A DNA stretch of 64,000 nt. Origin: Lingula anatina. Its lineage: Eukaryota; Animalia; Brachiopoda. Made by a program: the position numbers and the translations under genes. The notes under the pieces were generated by a model. It did not search any database, was not told the origin of the DNA, and saw only the letters and a list, made by a program, of their open reading frames with translations. This document shows positions 13,136-27,100 of this stretch, piece after piece. The stretch's first letter is position 1; every line of letters starts with the position of its first letter. The stretch spans positions 8,246,001-8,310,000 of the forward strand of contig CM120649.1 in assembly GCA_051362555.1 (NCBI GenBank). The letters run 5' to 3'.

Positions 13136-16100
13136 GTGCCAGTTTTTTTAAGCACCAGACAAGTGCGGCAAGGTGGGGGTTCACAGAATTTGACCTTATT
13201 GGGCTGAAATACTTGCCTGAGGACCCTTTTAACTTCTGCCAAATGTTATGCCATAAAACTGTATTTCAGGGGATTTATGCCCAATTTTCTGTTTTTCCAG
13301 CTTTCGAAGCAGATTTTCAGTTATCATACACGTCACTCATATATATGCTTATTATACTCTTATCTAGTAATATATTTAATATGTACATGTATGATGTATT
13401 TTGTTGATCAATATTCTTCCCCCCAAGACATTCAAACTAAAAATGTAACCTACCTTGTCCACACTGTACCCACTTTTTTTACCCCACCCCCCAAAACGAA
13501 GTTTACGCATGGCGATTTTCAGAGGGTCATATACCCACTAGTAGAGGCCCTATGGCTGTCAAACCTGTATGGGTTTGTAAAGTTACATTAAAAATATAAA
13601 CTACAAAGGAGATCCTCGTGGCCTTTTCTTTTGTTGGCGATATATTTTAATATTAAAATATCCGAAAATTGTAAAATTTGGATGGGTGTTGCTCTTGTCT
13701 TGGCCAGTAATACCTGCTCAATTACTCTAATCACGGCAGAATTGAACAATAGACTTCACAAGAATAGGCAATTGCCCTATAACAGAGCCTACCTTTGGGA
13801 TTAAAACCGTCATATTCATATTTTGATGACTTGTGATAGACATTTATGTAGCTTTGGTCAAGACATAAACCCTTTTCAACCTGCTACTTGGCCTCAAGTT
13901 TTTACCCTTTGCTCAATAGCTTCCATCTGGATTGTACACTTGGGAATGGTATTCCCTGTAACACTATAGCTTACAAAATTAATTAAAAATATTTTTAGCC
14001 TAATAAATTTAATTATTCAGAAAATAAAACGACAAAAAACCCACATTTTTCTTACATTTAATCATATAAAGAAAACTGTATTCCTTTCACATTTCTTTGT
14101 CCAATTATTGGACACAAGTGGGCACCAATCACACACACAGATTTTAATCAATCAACAATGTTTCATAATGCATAATCATCTCTTTATTGGATCTTTTAAG
14201 TATAAGTATAAATAAGCAAATTATTTGGAAGTGTAGCAAACAATTCAAATCTTCATACTGGAAAATATTTATTACCAATAACTTAATAAATGGGCGGAAG
14301 GCATTGTAACTGCCATTCAAGACTACTCCTGTCACCCTTAACCGAATAAGACACCGACAAAGTTTTGACTCAAGATTTAAGTGAATGTTTCAAAAAAAAA
14401 AAAAAAAGTAAGGTTGATTTTCATTCTACAAAAACATCAAAGTAATGCAAATCTATATTATCCAACTGAATCCCCTTCCTGAGAAGAATGAAGAAATAAG
14501 TTGAACTTCTGCAACAGTGTAATTCATGGATTCTTTTGCACTACTCAGGACCAGGAACATATATTGCTGCTTCCAAATATTTAAGTCAAACTGATCTTTT
14601 GCTCCAAGGAATAAAAATATGATATTCCATACTCAGTAAGATCTTATCCCATTTAAAGGTGGCATTCACGGATATCTTCAGTAAAATGAAACAGAAAAAA
14701 AACAGACATGATCCTAGGTTTAAAAAAAAAATAAATAAATAAAGAACATTTATCATGGGACTCAACACCTAAGCGGCCAGAGGTCCGGGACACCTTGAAT
14801 TGAATTAAAAAATGCGGAATTCCACGTTTCTGGGGCAAAAATTCATGTCTGAAAAGCTCCTTGTAAAAAAAGGTCATCGAAGAGTGTCAGTTTTCATCAT
14901 TTAATGAAGCTCCCATAAATTACTGTACTTCCTTATGGGGGATCTCCTTGCTACTTGCTTGGATCATCATGACTGACATTAGCTATCTGTCAGGTCATTG
15001 GTGTCCTTCAACTGTAGATACAAATACTTGTTCAAAGTAGATAAACATCAAAAATACATTTCAGTCTGTTGGGCAGTAAGTCAATCCTCTTCACAAAACT
15101 TCTTTTTCAGGTGCTTGGATTAATCACTTTATTTTCTTTGCCATATATCTGATTCCTGGCTGCTCTTTCTGACCAGTCTCCCAACATCTTCTAGCTAAAA
15201 TAACAACAAAAATTTATTCTTTAATCTACTGAATGGTTTTAATTTTCAACCAACAAAATTTACCATGAAACCCCATTTTAGGCTACAACTAAGCTTTGTT
15301 TCATATATATATATATATAATATTATTCATGTAATTGTGATATGATTGTTACTCTTTTAATCACTAGCAATGATCTACAAAAGCAGTATTATTTAGTTGT
15401 GAGGGTTCTGTAACTTGTTGCTCATACAAACAAAAAAGTTTACACTGCTAACATGTACAGTAAAAAACATAAGCTCTTTTCACTAATATGTAATAACAAA
15501 TTTGCTGTGGTTCTGAGGGACAGAGATAGCAGTATTTAGATGATGACTTAGCTTCACTTGTCTAATTACTATGCATATTTAATTCAAACAACACAGATAT
15601 CATACCATTATCAACCTTCCGTCTGTATGTGAATTCGGTGTGTTAATTAATTATAAAGATGTGACGAATGTCAACTTTTTAATTACCTGGGCCCAACGAA
15701 CTGAACATCTTGGCTTCGTCTTGATAAAAATTTGAATACACTGACTGTGCATGAAAGCTCCCGCTTGGTCCGAGCAAGGAAAGTCCTACAATAATAACTT
15801 GGTCCGAAGTAGTAGTTGACGTGTTCTTGCAGCTCCCCAAAGGATCCATAGCATGTGACGATGCGCAGGACACACGACTGAATCGAGCTCACTCTCCATT
15901 TCCTCTGATGATGACATTGCCTCTCATTAGCCTCTCACTCTGCATGTAACTTTTAGCATCGGGAGGTGACCCCAATCATCTAGTCGTATCTCCTGAGTAT
16001 CGCACAACCTTTCCGTCTTTGTAACGGTCTACAGAACAACAAAGTATGCGCTTTGCTGCTTGAAATTCGGAAAAATCTGCAGTGCATTCTTCGCACGTCT

Positions 16101-16895
16101 TCCACCACTGCTACTTGAAACTGTCATGGCCGCCTACACGAATTTAGTTTCGAATGCATGTTAACCCCCGTATTTGAACTTAGCATATACTTATTATCCA
16201 GGAATCAATAAATAAAAACTACAGAAGACTATTTCAGTTAATTAGTCCCTAACTAACGTTGAAATTAACTTAAACATTCTTGAATGCAAATCGAATCTGT
16301 GGGAAGCAAAAATGCTTTACGATAAAGTAGCCAGAAAATAGAAGAATTTGCGTCGCTGTTGCAAAATTTGTAGGCAAAATGCCACGCCAGTGTTTTAATT
16401 TATGGTAGGCCCCTTGTCCATATTTTCAGTAAATATTAGTGAAATTATCTAAGGTGCTCTACTAGTGGAGATATAAGGCTATTGACAGGGTGGGTATCTG
16501 CGGCAGTCATCAAGTGACCTCAAATAACCTCGGTAGTTTGTAACCATAGCAACGGATTTATGATATAAATCTCTGTCGTTATAAAGATTATATATCCATC
16601 TTTCAATTTTGGTATTGACCGAAGTAATGAATTGATCACTTGATGCACATTTGTGAAGCAAACTTCGGTGAAAAATACACCACTCACACAGCTGAAAAGT
16701 GAGACGGGAGCCACGCGAGGCAGTGAAATATTCATGTGGCTGTATCTCGACAATAACGCAACGAAAAGCTTTAATATTTTACAGTTAAATTAAGGTCACA
16801 AAGGTGATTAACTGTGGGCAAAATGAGTGTATTCTGTGAGAACCCCACCTTGCCGCTTTTTGGCTGATTTGCCTGGTGGTTAGAAAAACTTGCAC
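13136..16895 (-). mobile_element. Internally deleted TTAA-targeting DNA transposon (Sola3-like by inference) with degenerate protein remnants
   Basis: TTAA at both ends (13132-13135, 16896-16899). Imperfect TIRs GTGCmAGTTTTTyTAAsCACCAGrCAA...GCGGCAAGGTGGGG...TCACAGAAT. Frameshifted minus-strand remnants VVCPAHRHML (~15850-15880) and ETGQKEQP...KKFCEED*LTAQQTEMYF (~15040-15185). Confidence 0.75.
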
Positions 16896-18194
16896 TTAAT
16901 AACATAAAACATTACCTCTCCATTTCCTCAAGATTTAAGCATTTGCATAGCATTTAATAAACATTTTGTTAATATATTTTGTGTTCTAATAATAGACTAT
17001 TTTATATTGCTATATGTAGTTTTTTACATTACAATGCAATGAGTAATCTGAGGGATTTGTATGCATGCACAGGGGGAGTTGCTAAAAAAGTGAGCGAAGA
17101 GTCAACACGTATATTTTTGCATGTCTTGTGTTGTCTGTCTAGAACCAGTGATTATACATTTAACATTACAATATAATTCTAAATATTTTAACCCTCTACT
17201 TAAATTGAAATAGAGAAAAAAGGAATTAAGAAAACGTTTTAATGATGTTTTCCTTTAATGATTTCTCAAAACATAATCATAATTTAAAAAACTTAACCGA
17301 AATGTTTTAAAAAAAGTTTTTAAAATGTTATTCGGAAACGTTTGTGTGCTGGGTAATCCCTGAAGTCTCTTCTTTTTAATAAAATACAACTTTTGATTTT
17401 TTTTTTTTTTTTTTTTTTGAAAATTTATGTCCAGGAAACAAATAACATGGAATTTTCTCAAAATAATGATTTTTTTTTTCCTTTGGAAAAAATATTTCTT
17501 CATTATTTGATCTTAAATATAATTTTAAAGCCACGCCCACAAGAGCTATATTACATACTGTATATTTTGTTCTATAAATCCCATTAGAACGAGTCTCAGA
17601 GGACACTGTAAGAACTTTCTTCTCTTCTATAATGGGTAGATCTACAGCAGAGACATGCTGACAGAGGACAATGAGTAGATCGAGCGGCGAGTGTCCAGTG
17701 TCCTGAGGCAGTGAGAGACACTCGGAGCGACCGTGCAGTTTCAAGTGACCTTTCACAAAATAGGCCTTATATATACCACAATTAAATCAGTGTTACAAAA
17801 CTAAGCTTAGGCATCCATACCTTAAGCGTAGATCCTAGATCATGACTATCCAGCCAAAACTGTTGACTGGGATTACACGCAGTGAGAAATAGCGTGCCAC
17901 CAACTGAACGCTGCCATCTTTAAATGCCCCGGATGAAAATAAACTCGAAATTATTAGTAATAGATATTAAGCACTTTAAAAGAATTTGATTTTGAAAAGC
18001 TGTGTCAAGACTATTCAAAATCAGAAACGGTTGACGTAAATAAGATCATACAAACGAAATAATTCCGTACAAAATGGTCCAAAATTTCCCGCCGTCGAAC
18101 AAGGTGAAGGTGATTGCCAGGCCCTTGTAAACAGTGCAGAGGCAGCGATATCTCGACTTCGTCAAGAATACTGTGATCATAGCTCCTCGCCGCG

Positions 18195-21100
18195 ATGCCG
18201 AAACAAGAAAGGGATCGAGGGAATGCAACAGATGGTGAACAGAATCAGTGGGTTTTGATTGCTCCAGGTAAATCAAAGACGAATACAGAAACTACCGGTA
18301 TTTCAATATTACATGTCCCGACACCAGTACACCGCCAGCCACTTGCACGGCCGGAGTCCCCCACCCCCTCCTTACATACACACGCACACACCACCACCAC
18401 CACTATCACCACCACCAATAACGACCGAATCCGTAGTGCAGCGCACTAGAACATACTCTGCATTCATGCTTTAGAAAACTTTACAGTTTTTACCTTTGTT
18501 TATGGCCATACCGCATAATACAGTCACCCCCAACCCCACTGGCATCCCCAGCCCTATGCATCCTCTGTCCGCTGTTACATTGTAATGTTATGATGGTCTG
18601 GTAAAGCTGTATACAGTTTGTACCACTGTCCTAGCCTAAAATGTTAGCAAGAATATATTTACATATATATACTTACCTGTACATATATACATTTATATAA
18701 ATGTATACTACAGTGATTGCGAAAGCCGTCGGACCACGGCCATATGCCGGCAAAAGTTCTGTGGGCTGGAAAACCCTTTTAACTCATCGGCCCACATGTC
18801 CGACGGACTAAAGTCAGTTTCTTTAACAGATACCTCGCCTCATATTTGAATTTATCGTAAAGCTCTAAGTACGCACTATTCGCAAGTAAAACTTTAACTT
18901 GCGCCATACTGGCGCGTTTTGTAATAAAGGTCTACGTACATTATGATGTCGCTTGAAGTGTGCGTAGCGATGGTGTGAGGGCTGACATGTGACCCGTTTC
19001 ACAAAAAAATGTATCGAAACTGAAACAACTACAGGTCAATGAAAAACGTACTGCTCAAGACTCCGAAAACAGGCCGCTCAAACTGCTTACGACTGGCCAC
19101 GCGCGGACCTCTGAGAACACCTAACTACACGTGCTGGGTAAACAAGTATGGCTTCGTCGGACTGCATGTTGAGTAAACGATAAGTGAAAAGGAGAAATAT
19201 TCATTTGCTTTTTAGATGGGTGCTCTTAACTAATTTTAACGGATATTTTAAGTCATATTGCGCCTTTAGCGGTGCTATATGTCAAAATGAGGGACAACAT
19301 CATTTTCCATGCGGAAAATCCGCAATGGCACAGTCAGGGTGCAAAACTGTCCATTACAGTATATTCATCTAAACTTTAGTCTTAGATATTGAATAAAAAT
19401 TATTTTCAGACTCTGGCCCGTAGCCAGGGATGGTTCAGGGGTTTCGAAAGAACCGCCTCTTATGCTGACAAAAGGTCCACTCTTGGTAAAATTTGATCTA
19501 GGTACATGGCGTTTTTATGGAAAAAGACCCTCCCCCCCCTTTTAAAATTGCTGGCTACGGGCCTGCTATGAGAGCAATAGCTTTATTTTACAATAAAAAT
19601 GGGATTTGTCTACCTTTTCCATGTAGTGCAATTATTTGGCATAGTGCAATTATCAATTCTGAAGATTTTTCCATTAAGTACTGTACAATTTTTCAGACAG
19701 TATGTTTATTTTGGAAGATTTTTCCACACACTACAATTATTTAGGACTTCAGAGTAGTAGCATTAAGCCTTTTTTCATTGATTTTAATCATATAAAAAAA
19801 TATTGAAATACAATGAATTTTCTTTAAATAATTCACGGCACACATTTTTAAAAAATGGCACACTTTTTTTGACCAAGTGGGCCAAAATGGCCCGACCAGA
19901 TTTTGACCCAGGACAATCCCTGCTAACAGACAAGCATTATTCCAAGAGTGAAAATCTAAAAAACGTTACAAAAGTTGGAAGCTCCACTTCACTATGACTT
20001 ATGTTTTAATTTAAGTCAAAAATTGGAATGAAATTTACAAAGGATACATGATCTTGTGTTAAAAGATTAGAAATTAAGATAGGCAACCCAGATGTAAAAA
20101 GGATAAAACTTAAATGCCAGAAAGCAACCAAAATGAAAAACGTTTAAACTTAAACCTTTAAACATCCTATTACATCTGGCCTGAAAATTAAAACGCAACG
20201 ATTTAAAATGCCAGACAATAATATTCATCAAAAATGAAGTGAAAATATACAGCTTGATTATTTTGTTGTGGGCCGGTAAAAAAAGGTGTGGGCTGACAAA
20301 ATTTGATTTGCTCCAGCCCACATGTCTGGTAAGTTTTCAATCTCTTTCGCAATCACTGATACTAGTACTATCCCACAGCTATTATATATAATAATGATAA
20401 TTATTATTATTATTACAGAAGCAATATTCAGTTGTGAAACATCAGAAGCTCCTAATGTTTCCTTCTGCAAACTAAGACACCCAAAAACAGGTAATTTTTT
20501 GTAAAATAATAAAAAAATCACTGTGGAAATGGATTTAATGTAGTAATAATTATACAGGCAAAAAAAAAAAAATAATAATTTGACAATGTACACAAGTTTA
20601 AATTTTGATAAAATGATTAATTTATTTGTCATATTTCTATTTTTTTCTTTTTTTTGTGTGTGGGGCATTTTTTTCTCTCTGTCATTTTCATGTGGTTGCT
20701 GGTGAACAGCTTCATTGAACCTGCAAACCAAAAATTTTACCATTTATACAAGTACAGTATTAGAGCTAATTACATGAAATATATGACGTAACATCCGTGT
20801 TTCAGAGGAGGGAGCCATATTTCTCTTCAGCTCTGACAACAGACAGGTGTTTGAAGTGCTACAGCATAAGAGAGAATTTGGATCATGGATTATAGAACAA
20901 ACTATTCAAAAAGGTAGAACAAAGTATTCATTTGAATTATTTCTGAATGATTGTTTTACGCATATAGTAATGTTTTTTTCTTTTCTTTTTTTTCTTTTTT
21001 TTTCTTTTTTTTTATTTCAAGAAATTTGACAGCTACTTTTATTTTAATTTAATTTCCTGAAATTAAATTTAATGGTAATTAAACAGCAAGACTCTGTAGC

Positions 21101-24100
21101 ACTTGAACACTTTGAAATAATAATGGCTTCAAATTTTATAGTTATGGTATGGATAATTTTTTCAATATTTTTAAGAATAATTTGTATTACACAGTGTATT
21201 TCTTTTAATTTGGATGCTTTTAGACCAAAACAGTACAATGTGGTGTCTTTGATGTGTTACACAGTGTTTCCAATAACCTGTGTGATCCTGACGACAAGTG
21301 TATTTGTTTATAAGATTTTCTTAGAAACACATACAGTTATTCCTATATGTTCTTTTTTATCATTTTCAGATAGCAGTCTTCTAATATCAACTCCAGTAGA
21401 TCCATTGTTCCTAAGTCTTCCATATTTAATCAAATCAGCAAAGGTAATTAGTATAATTATTATTATTATTTCTTTGGTGGGAGGATACACCTGTGTGAAA
21501 CAGGCAGAGAATCTTGCCTGCTGGTGTAAAGTTGACATGGCAACAGATTAGCCCGTGCCTGGAGGCATGGTTACGTCTTATGGGACGGGTAGGGCCAGTT
21601 ATTTTTAAAGTGGTTACTTAGAGCTTGGACCTAACTAGAGAAGGACAAGTAACGCGGAGAAAGATCAAAGGATAATCGGCTTAGCGCGAGCTCTTCGCGA
21701 AACGATGTGCGTTCGGATCACGTGACCTCCCGTACAGGTAGCGAGCATATCGCGGCTGTTGATGACTTTTTGTGTCATTTGGACAGGTAGCTGATGATAA
21801 CGCGAGGAAAACGTTCGGGTGGATGAGTCAAGACACTTATAGAGATAAAATGTAAGTACAATTTCTTTTGCTATTTTGGATGCTAGATGAAATAAGGTAT
21901 GTTTGTTCATGGAGGAATTCAAAATGCCCAATATGGTGAAGGCAATCGTGTTTGTTGCCGTAAAATGAGTGTTTAAAATTGTACAACTGCAGTGTCGAAT
22001 ACTTGTCTTTAGCTATGATCCGATAGAAAAATATTTCTAGTCTCGAAATTTTACCTCTATGTAAAGAATTAGCCTTAGATGCGGCAATAATTTAACCTCA
22101 AATCGTGTTTTGAATTAAAATGACGCAATTCCTTTGCGATTTATTCGACTCGCCGACATCGTTTTAGGTCTGGTATTTTTTACGTACGGTTTAGATAAAG
22201 GTGGCATCAACACCGCTGTGTACTTTATGTATAGGTTTATGTTACTTGCTGAAGTGAGCCCGAATTATGGAATGATAATTAATATTTTTAACTCTTAATA
22301 TGGGCTCTCGTTGCAACATGGCACCACACATGCAATTGTGACACACAAAAACGCACCTGTGACCCTTTTAATATCCTTTTATCAAAGTTGACATTAACAC
22401 TGCTCTGAAGTATATATATATTTACACATTACCGGCTACAGTCAGCTCTGGTCTGAGAATGATAATTATTATTTTTTTAACTCTCAATATGGTCTATCAT
22501 TACAGTATGGCACCACACATGCAATTATGACACACAAAAACGCACCTGTGATTCTTTAAATATCCTTTTATCAAAGTTGACATTAACACTGCTCTAAAGT
22601 ATATATATATTTACACATTACCGGCTACAGTCAGCTCCGGTCTGAGAATGATAATTATTATTTTTTTAACTCTCAATATGGGCTATCATTGCAATATGGC
22701 ACCACACATGCAATTATGACACACAAAAACGCACCTGTGATCCTTTTAATATTCTTTAATCAAAGTTGACATTAACACTGCTCTAAAGTATATATATATT
22801 TACACATTACCGGCTCCAGTCAGCTCCAGTCTGAGAATGATAATTATTATTTTTTTAACTCTTAATATGGGCTATCATTGCAATATGGCACCACCCATGC
22901 AATTGTGACATACATAAACGCACCTGTGGGCCTTTTAATATCCTTTTATCAAAGTTGATATTAACACTACTCTGAAGTATATATGTATATTCACATGACC
23001 GGCTAAAGTCTGCTCCAGTTTGAGAATGATAATTAATAGTTTTTAAATTGGATTCCCTAAACAGAATAAAGACGATTGACAAACACCCTCATTGGTCTTA
23101 TAGTGAAAGTGTATATGTGGACATGTACACATGCAAAGTTCATGATTATATTTACTTGGGTAATGGTCATAAAAGTAGATCTTGATCACATTTGTGATAA
23201 GAGTCTCACCTCTGTAATTGCCTTGCTACATTGCATTATCTTGTTATCAGGTGCTTGAAATCTTTGAAATAATCCTGAGACATGCCTTTGGATAGCACCT
23301 AGCTGGCTTTATCAAATCATCAAAGGGCCTGACGGTTTAGTTACCTGGCTGATAATGATCTAGAAAGCCCATGCCTAACAAGGGAAGTAAATTTAACTAG
23401 AGGGAAAATCTACCTGACAGGTAGAATCTTGAGATGCATTTGATAAGGCTTACCTGTGGCTCAAATGTCCAAGTAGAAGTAAAAAAGGTAATTGTCATTT
23501 ATAGTAGTTTGTGATAAAAACATTCTTTTTCTCTTCCAGATTCTCTCCACAAGATGCCGGAAAGTTAAAATTGGACAATGCACCATTGCCCAAGAGGAGA
23601 CGCACTAATTAAACATTTGGACAATAATTCACATAGGTCAATAAGAAATTAGTTTATACCTTTTATAAATAAGTTAATACTACTCGTGATACAAATAGGA
23701 AAGAACTCCAATATGACTTTCACAAAAAGAGACAAGACAAGAAAACTGCATATGTATAGTATATTCATCATCACTAGCTTTGTAACAAGCATTTTTAATG
23801 TTTACTTTTTTAATAATAAATATTGGAATGTACTCAAGTTGTTTTATATTTTCTATCTTATGATGAAAAAAAAAATGAAATGTAAAAAACATGGATTATA
23901 TGCTTAGACAGTTTTTTCTTGCTTGATTGAAATTGCATATTCAATTACCTCAGAATACACTAACTACAGGTTTAAAAAATCTGATCCTGATAAAATTCAT
24001 ACTCACATTTGACTTTGACCCTCTTGCAGTGATATGCGTCTTATTTGTCAAATCTTTTATTATTATAATATATTAAGTTGTGTAAAAAAAAAAAGGAAGT

Positions 24101-27100
24101 GAAAAGAAATAAAAAGAAGATTTTTATGTCAAATATATGCATTTTTTATTACCATAAGATCAGTATTGGTGAAATTAATCTCATATTGTAAACGGGTAAC
24201 TTTTAATGAAAAATAAAAACGAAATATAAATGAAAGATAGTTGCTGACTGAAAACCCAAATATTATAAATACTTATAATAAGTTCTTGAATTCTGACTGC
24301 TTTTCAGTTACTGAAAACAGAAAACCATATTTTGGTACCTGGTGTATTATTTTCTACCAAACTAATACGACAAATCTGACTTTTAAATAACTAATTAAAA
24401 TTAATGTAAACCTACAAGAAATTTCTAATTAAGATCTTAATTGCTAAGTGAAAAAAACCCAAATGTTATAAATGCACAAGATCATACTGTCTGTTTGTTG
24501 AAAATCTAGGTAATAATTCAAGCTGTAATTCTGCTCTTCCTTTTGAGAGACCTTCTCAATCCTTTTTCTTTCGTAGATGCAGACACAGATTCTTGGTACT
24601 TTTCTTTAAGCTGTCTGCGAAATGAGTGGCCCCTAATGGTAATATATAATTTCACAAACATGCTAAAAAGGTCCATTTTTAATTTGTCTGATTCACCAGC
24701 AGCCAGTTCTTGTGTAAGTTTGATTGATCTTCCGGGGTGTGACAGCTACATGTAGGAATGAGATTTCCGGTCGTTGGGTGCGTATTCCTGTCCTGTCAGA
24801 GACTACCTCACGGACAGGGAAAGACAGCAGGTATTGAAGACAAACTTCACACCCCGTTTTTATGAGGTAAGGGGGGAAAATGCCGAAAACCCCTCAAAAA
24901 ATATCCACGTGTTGACGGAAACCCGTGTGCTCGCAACTGCAAGATGGCGGCAATGCTGTATCATAGCAACCACGAGGGACTGCGAGAAATTGCGTTATCA
25001 ATGCAGAGAAACAATAGAAATGCACTGAAGCACAGCGCGCGCTACCTTGATAATAAGCTGTTCAGACGCCCGTGGAGCTATCAAAACAGATTATGTGAGA
25101 CAATAGGCGAATGTTTACCCGAACGCACATAGCTTCAAAGGAAGATGCCGCGTTACTTGTCCTTCTCTATTTAGGTCCAAGCTTAGAGTTAGTAGTTTTG
25201 AGACAAGTTGTATGTTAGCATGAAAATTCTTTGGCAGATGTGTGGAAAGTTACTTTTGATGTGACTGAATTGCATCAAAAACAGTCTGAGGATATCACAT
25301 CTTGGTGTTATTTAAAATATGTTTAAAGATAAATGTAAATAAAAAAGAATAAATGTTATTGTACCACCAGCGTTAGCGCTGGCGGTACACATGGTTTCGG
25401 TCTCGTCCGGATCGTTCCGCCGGCTCCGCCGGACAGCTACTGTTACCGCTTCTCCTCCTAGACGGTAAGGCCCCCCATACCCATCTCATGGATTTAGGTC
25501 ACCTATAATCTCAACTCGTTCCACGTAAAATTTGGGCTTTGTCGGTATTGGGGTCTGGGTGTGGCACTCATTGCAATGCACCCTTGTCTAAAAATGGCAA
25601 AATTAAATGCTAATTATCTACCCTACGGAAGGAGTTATGGGAAAAATTTCTATAGACGGCTTTCCAAAAGTCATATGTGTAGATTTCAAATATACCCTTG
25701 GATTTGACCTTTGACCTTTACTTCAAGGTCAAATGGGCCAAAATTTTCAAAAAAATGAAATTTTTTACGAAAAAAAATTTTTTTGCCCTGTTATTCAGAC
25801 ACCACACAGACTTAACCAATAATATTATTGGAAAGTGTTACCCTTCAGGTCATCTTTCATCTCCATGAATTTGGGGTCAATCGGTGCATTTTCACGGGAG
25901 TAGCGGCCATAAGATACCGAAACTGAAAACTGTCTCTAATTCGGGAACCGTTAATGCTAGAGACCCATTCTTTTTTGCATTTTGTAGAGCATGTAAAGCC
26001 CAACACTAGCGTGGTCTCGGTTTTTTTGTATTCCATACGGTTTTCGAGTTACGCTGTATCAAAAAGTACATATTGGTGGTAAAAGCAAATGTGCAGTACG
26101 GTAATGGATAATAAATTTTGAACTCTGGAAAAATAAAACATTAGGCTTGGCAAAGCAGACAACTTGTGTTCAAAAATGACATTATTTCATCAAATTTGAA
26201 CTTCTGAAACTTCAGAGCACCTCTTATTTCAAGAATTTTGACCAAAATGACATTTTCTTTATTTTAATTAATTTTTTCTGTACGAAATTTAAGGCACATT
26301 ATGGTAACTCCAAAATTATAACATTTAGTCCCTTATATCTCCAAAACTGGCAGAGATAGGTCCATAGTTACTATTGAAGTTGAATGGGAAGTCATATACT
26401 GGCAATCTATATGTGACCTTAAAATTGACCTTTGACCTACTTTTCACCATGAACTGAACTTTGCAAATTTTTCTTCCCTTTTATCTCCAAAACTGGCAGA
26501 GATAGGTCCATAGTTACTATTGAACTTGAATAGGAAGTCATATACTGGCAATCTATATGTGACCTTAAAATTGACCTTTGACCTACTTTTCACCATGAAC
26601 TGAACTTTGCAAATTTTTCTTCCATTTTATCGCCAAAACTGGCAGAGATAGGTCCATAGTTACTATTGAACTTGAATAGGAAGTCATATACTGGCAATCT
26701 ATATGTGACCTTAAAATTGACCTTTGACCTACTTTTCACCATGAACTGAACTTTGCAAATTTTTCTTCCCTTTTATCTCCAAAACTGTCAGAGATAGGTC
26801 CATAGTTACTATTGAACTTGAATAGGAAGTCATATACTGGCAATCTAAATGTGACCTTAAAATTGACCTTTGACCTACTTTTCACCATGAACTGAACTTT
26901 GCAAATTTTGCTTTCCTTTTTTCTCCAAAACTGGCTGAGATAGGTCCGTAGTTACTATTGAACTTGAATAGGAAGTCATATACTGGCAATCTAAATGTGA
27001 CCTTTAAATTGACCTTTGACCTACTTTTCACCATGAACTGAACTTTGCATGTAAAGCCCAATACTGGAGGTGGTCTCGGTTTTTTTGTATTCCATACGGT

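Noticed and set aside
14770-16140. Apparent two-exon minus-strand host gene or lncRNA
   Set aside because: It lies inside the TTAA-flanked TIR element and has no intact ORF; it is better explained as transposon remnants.
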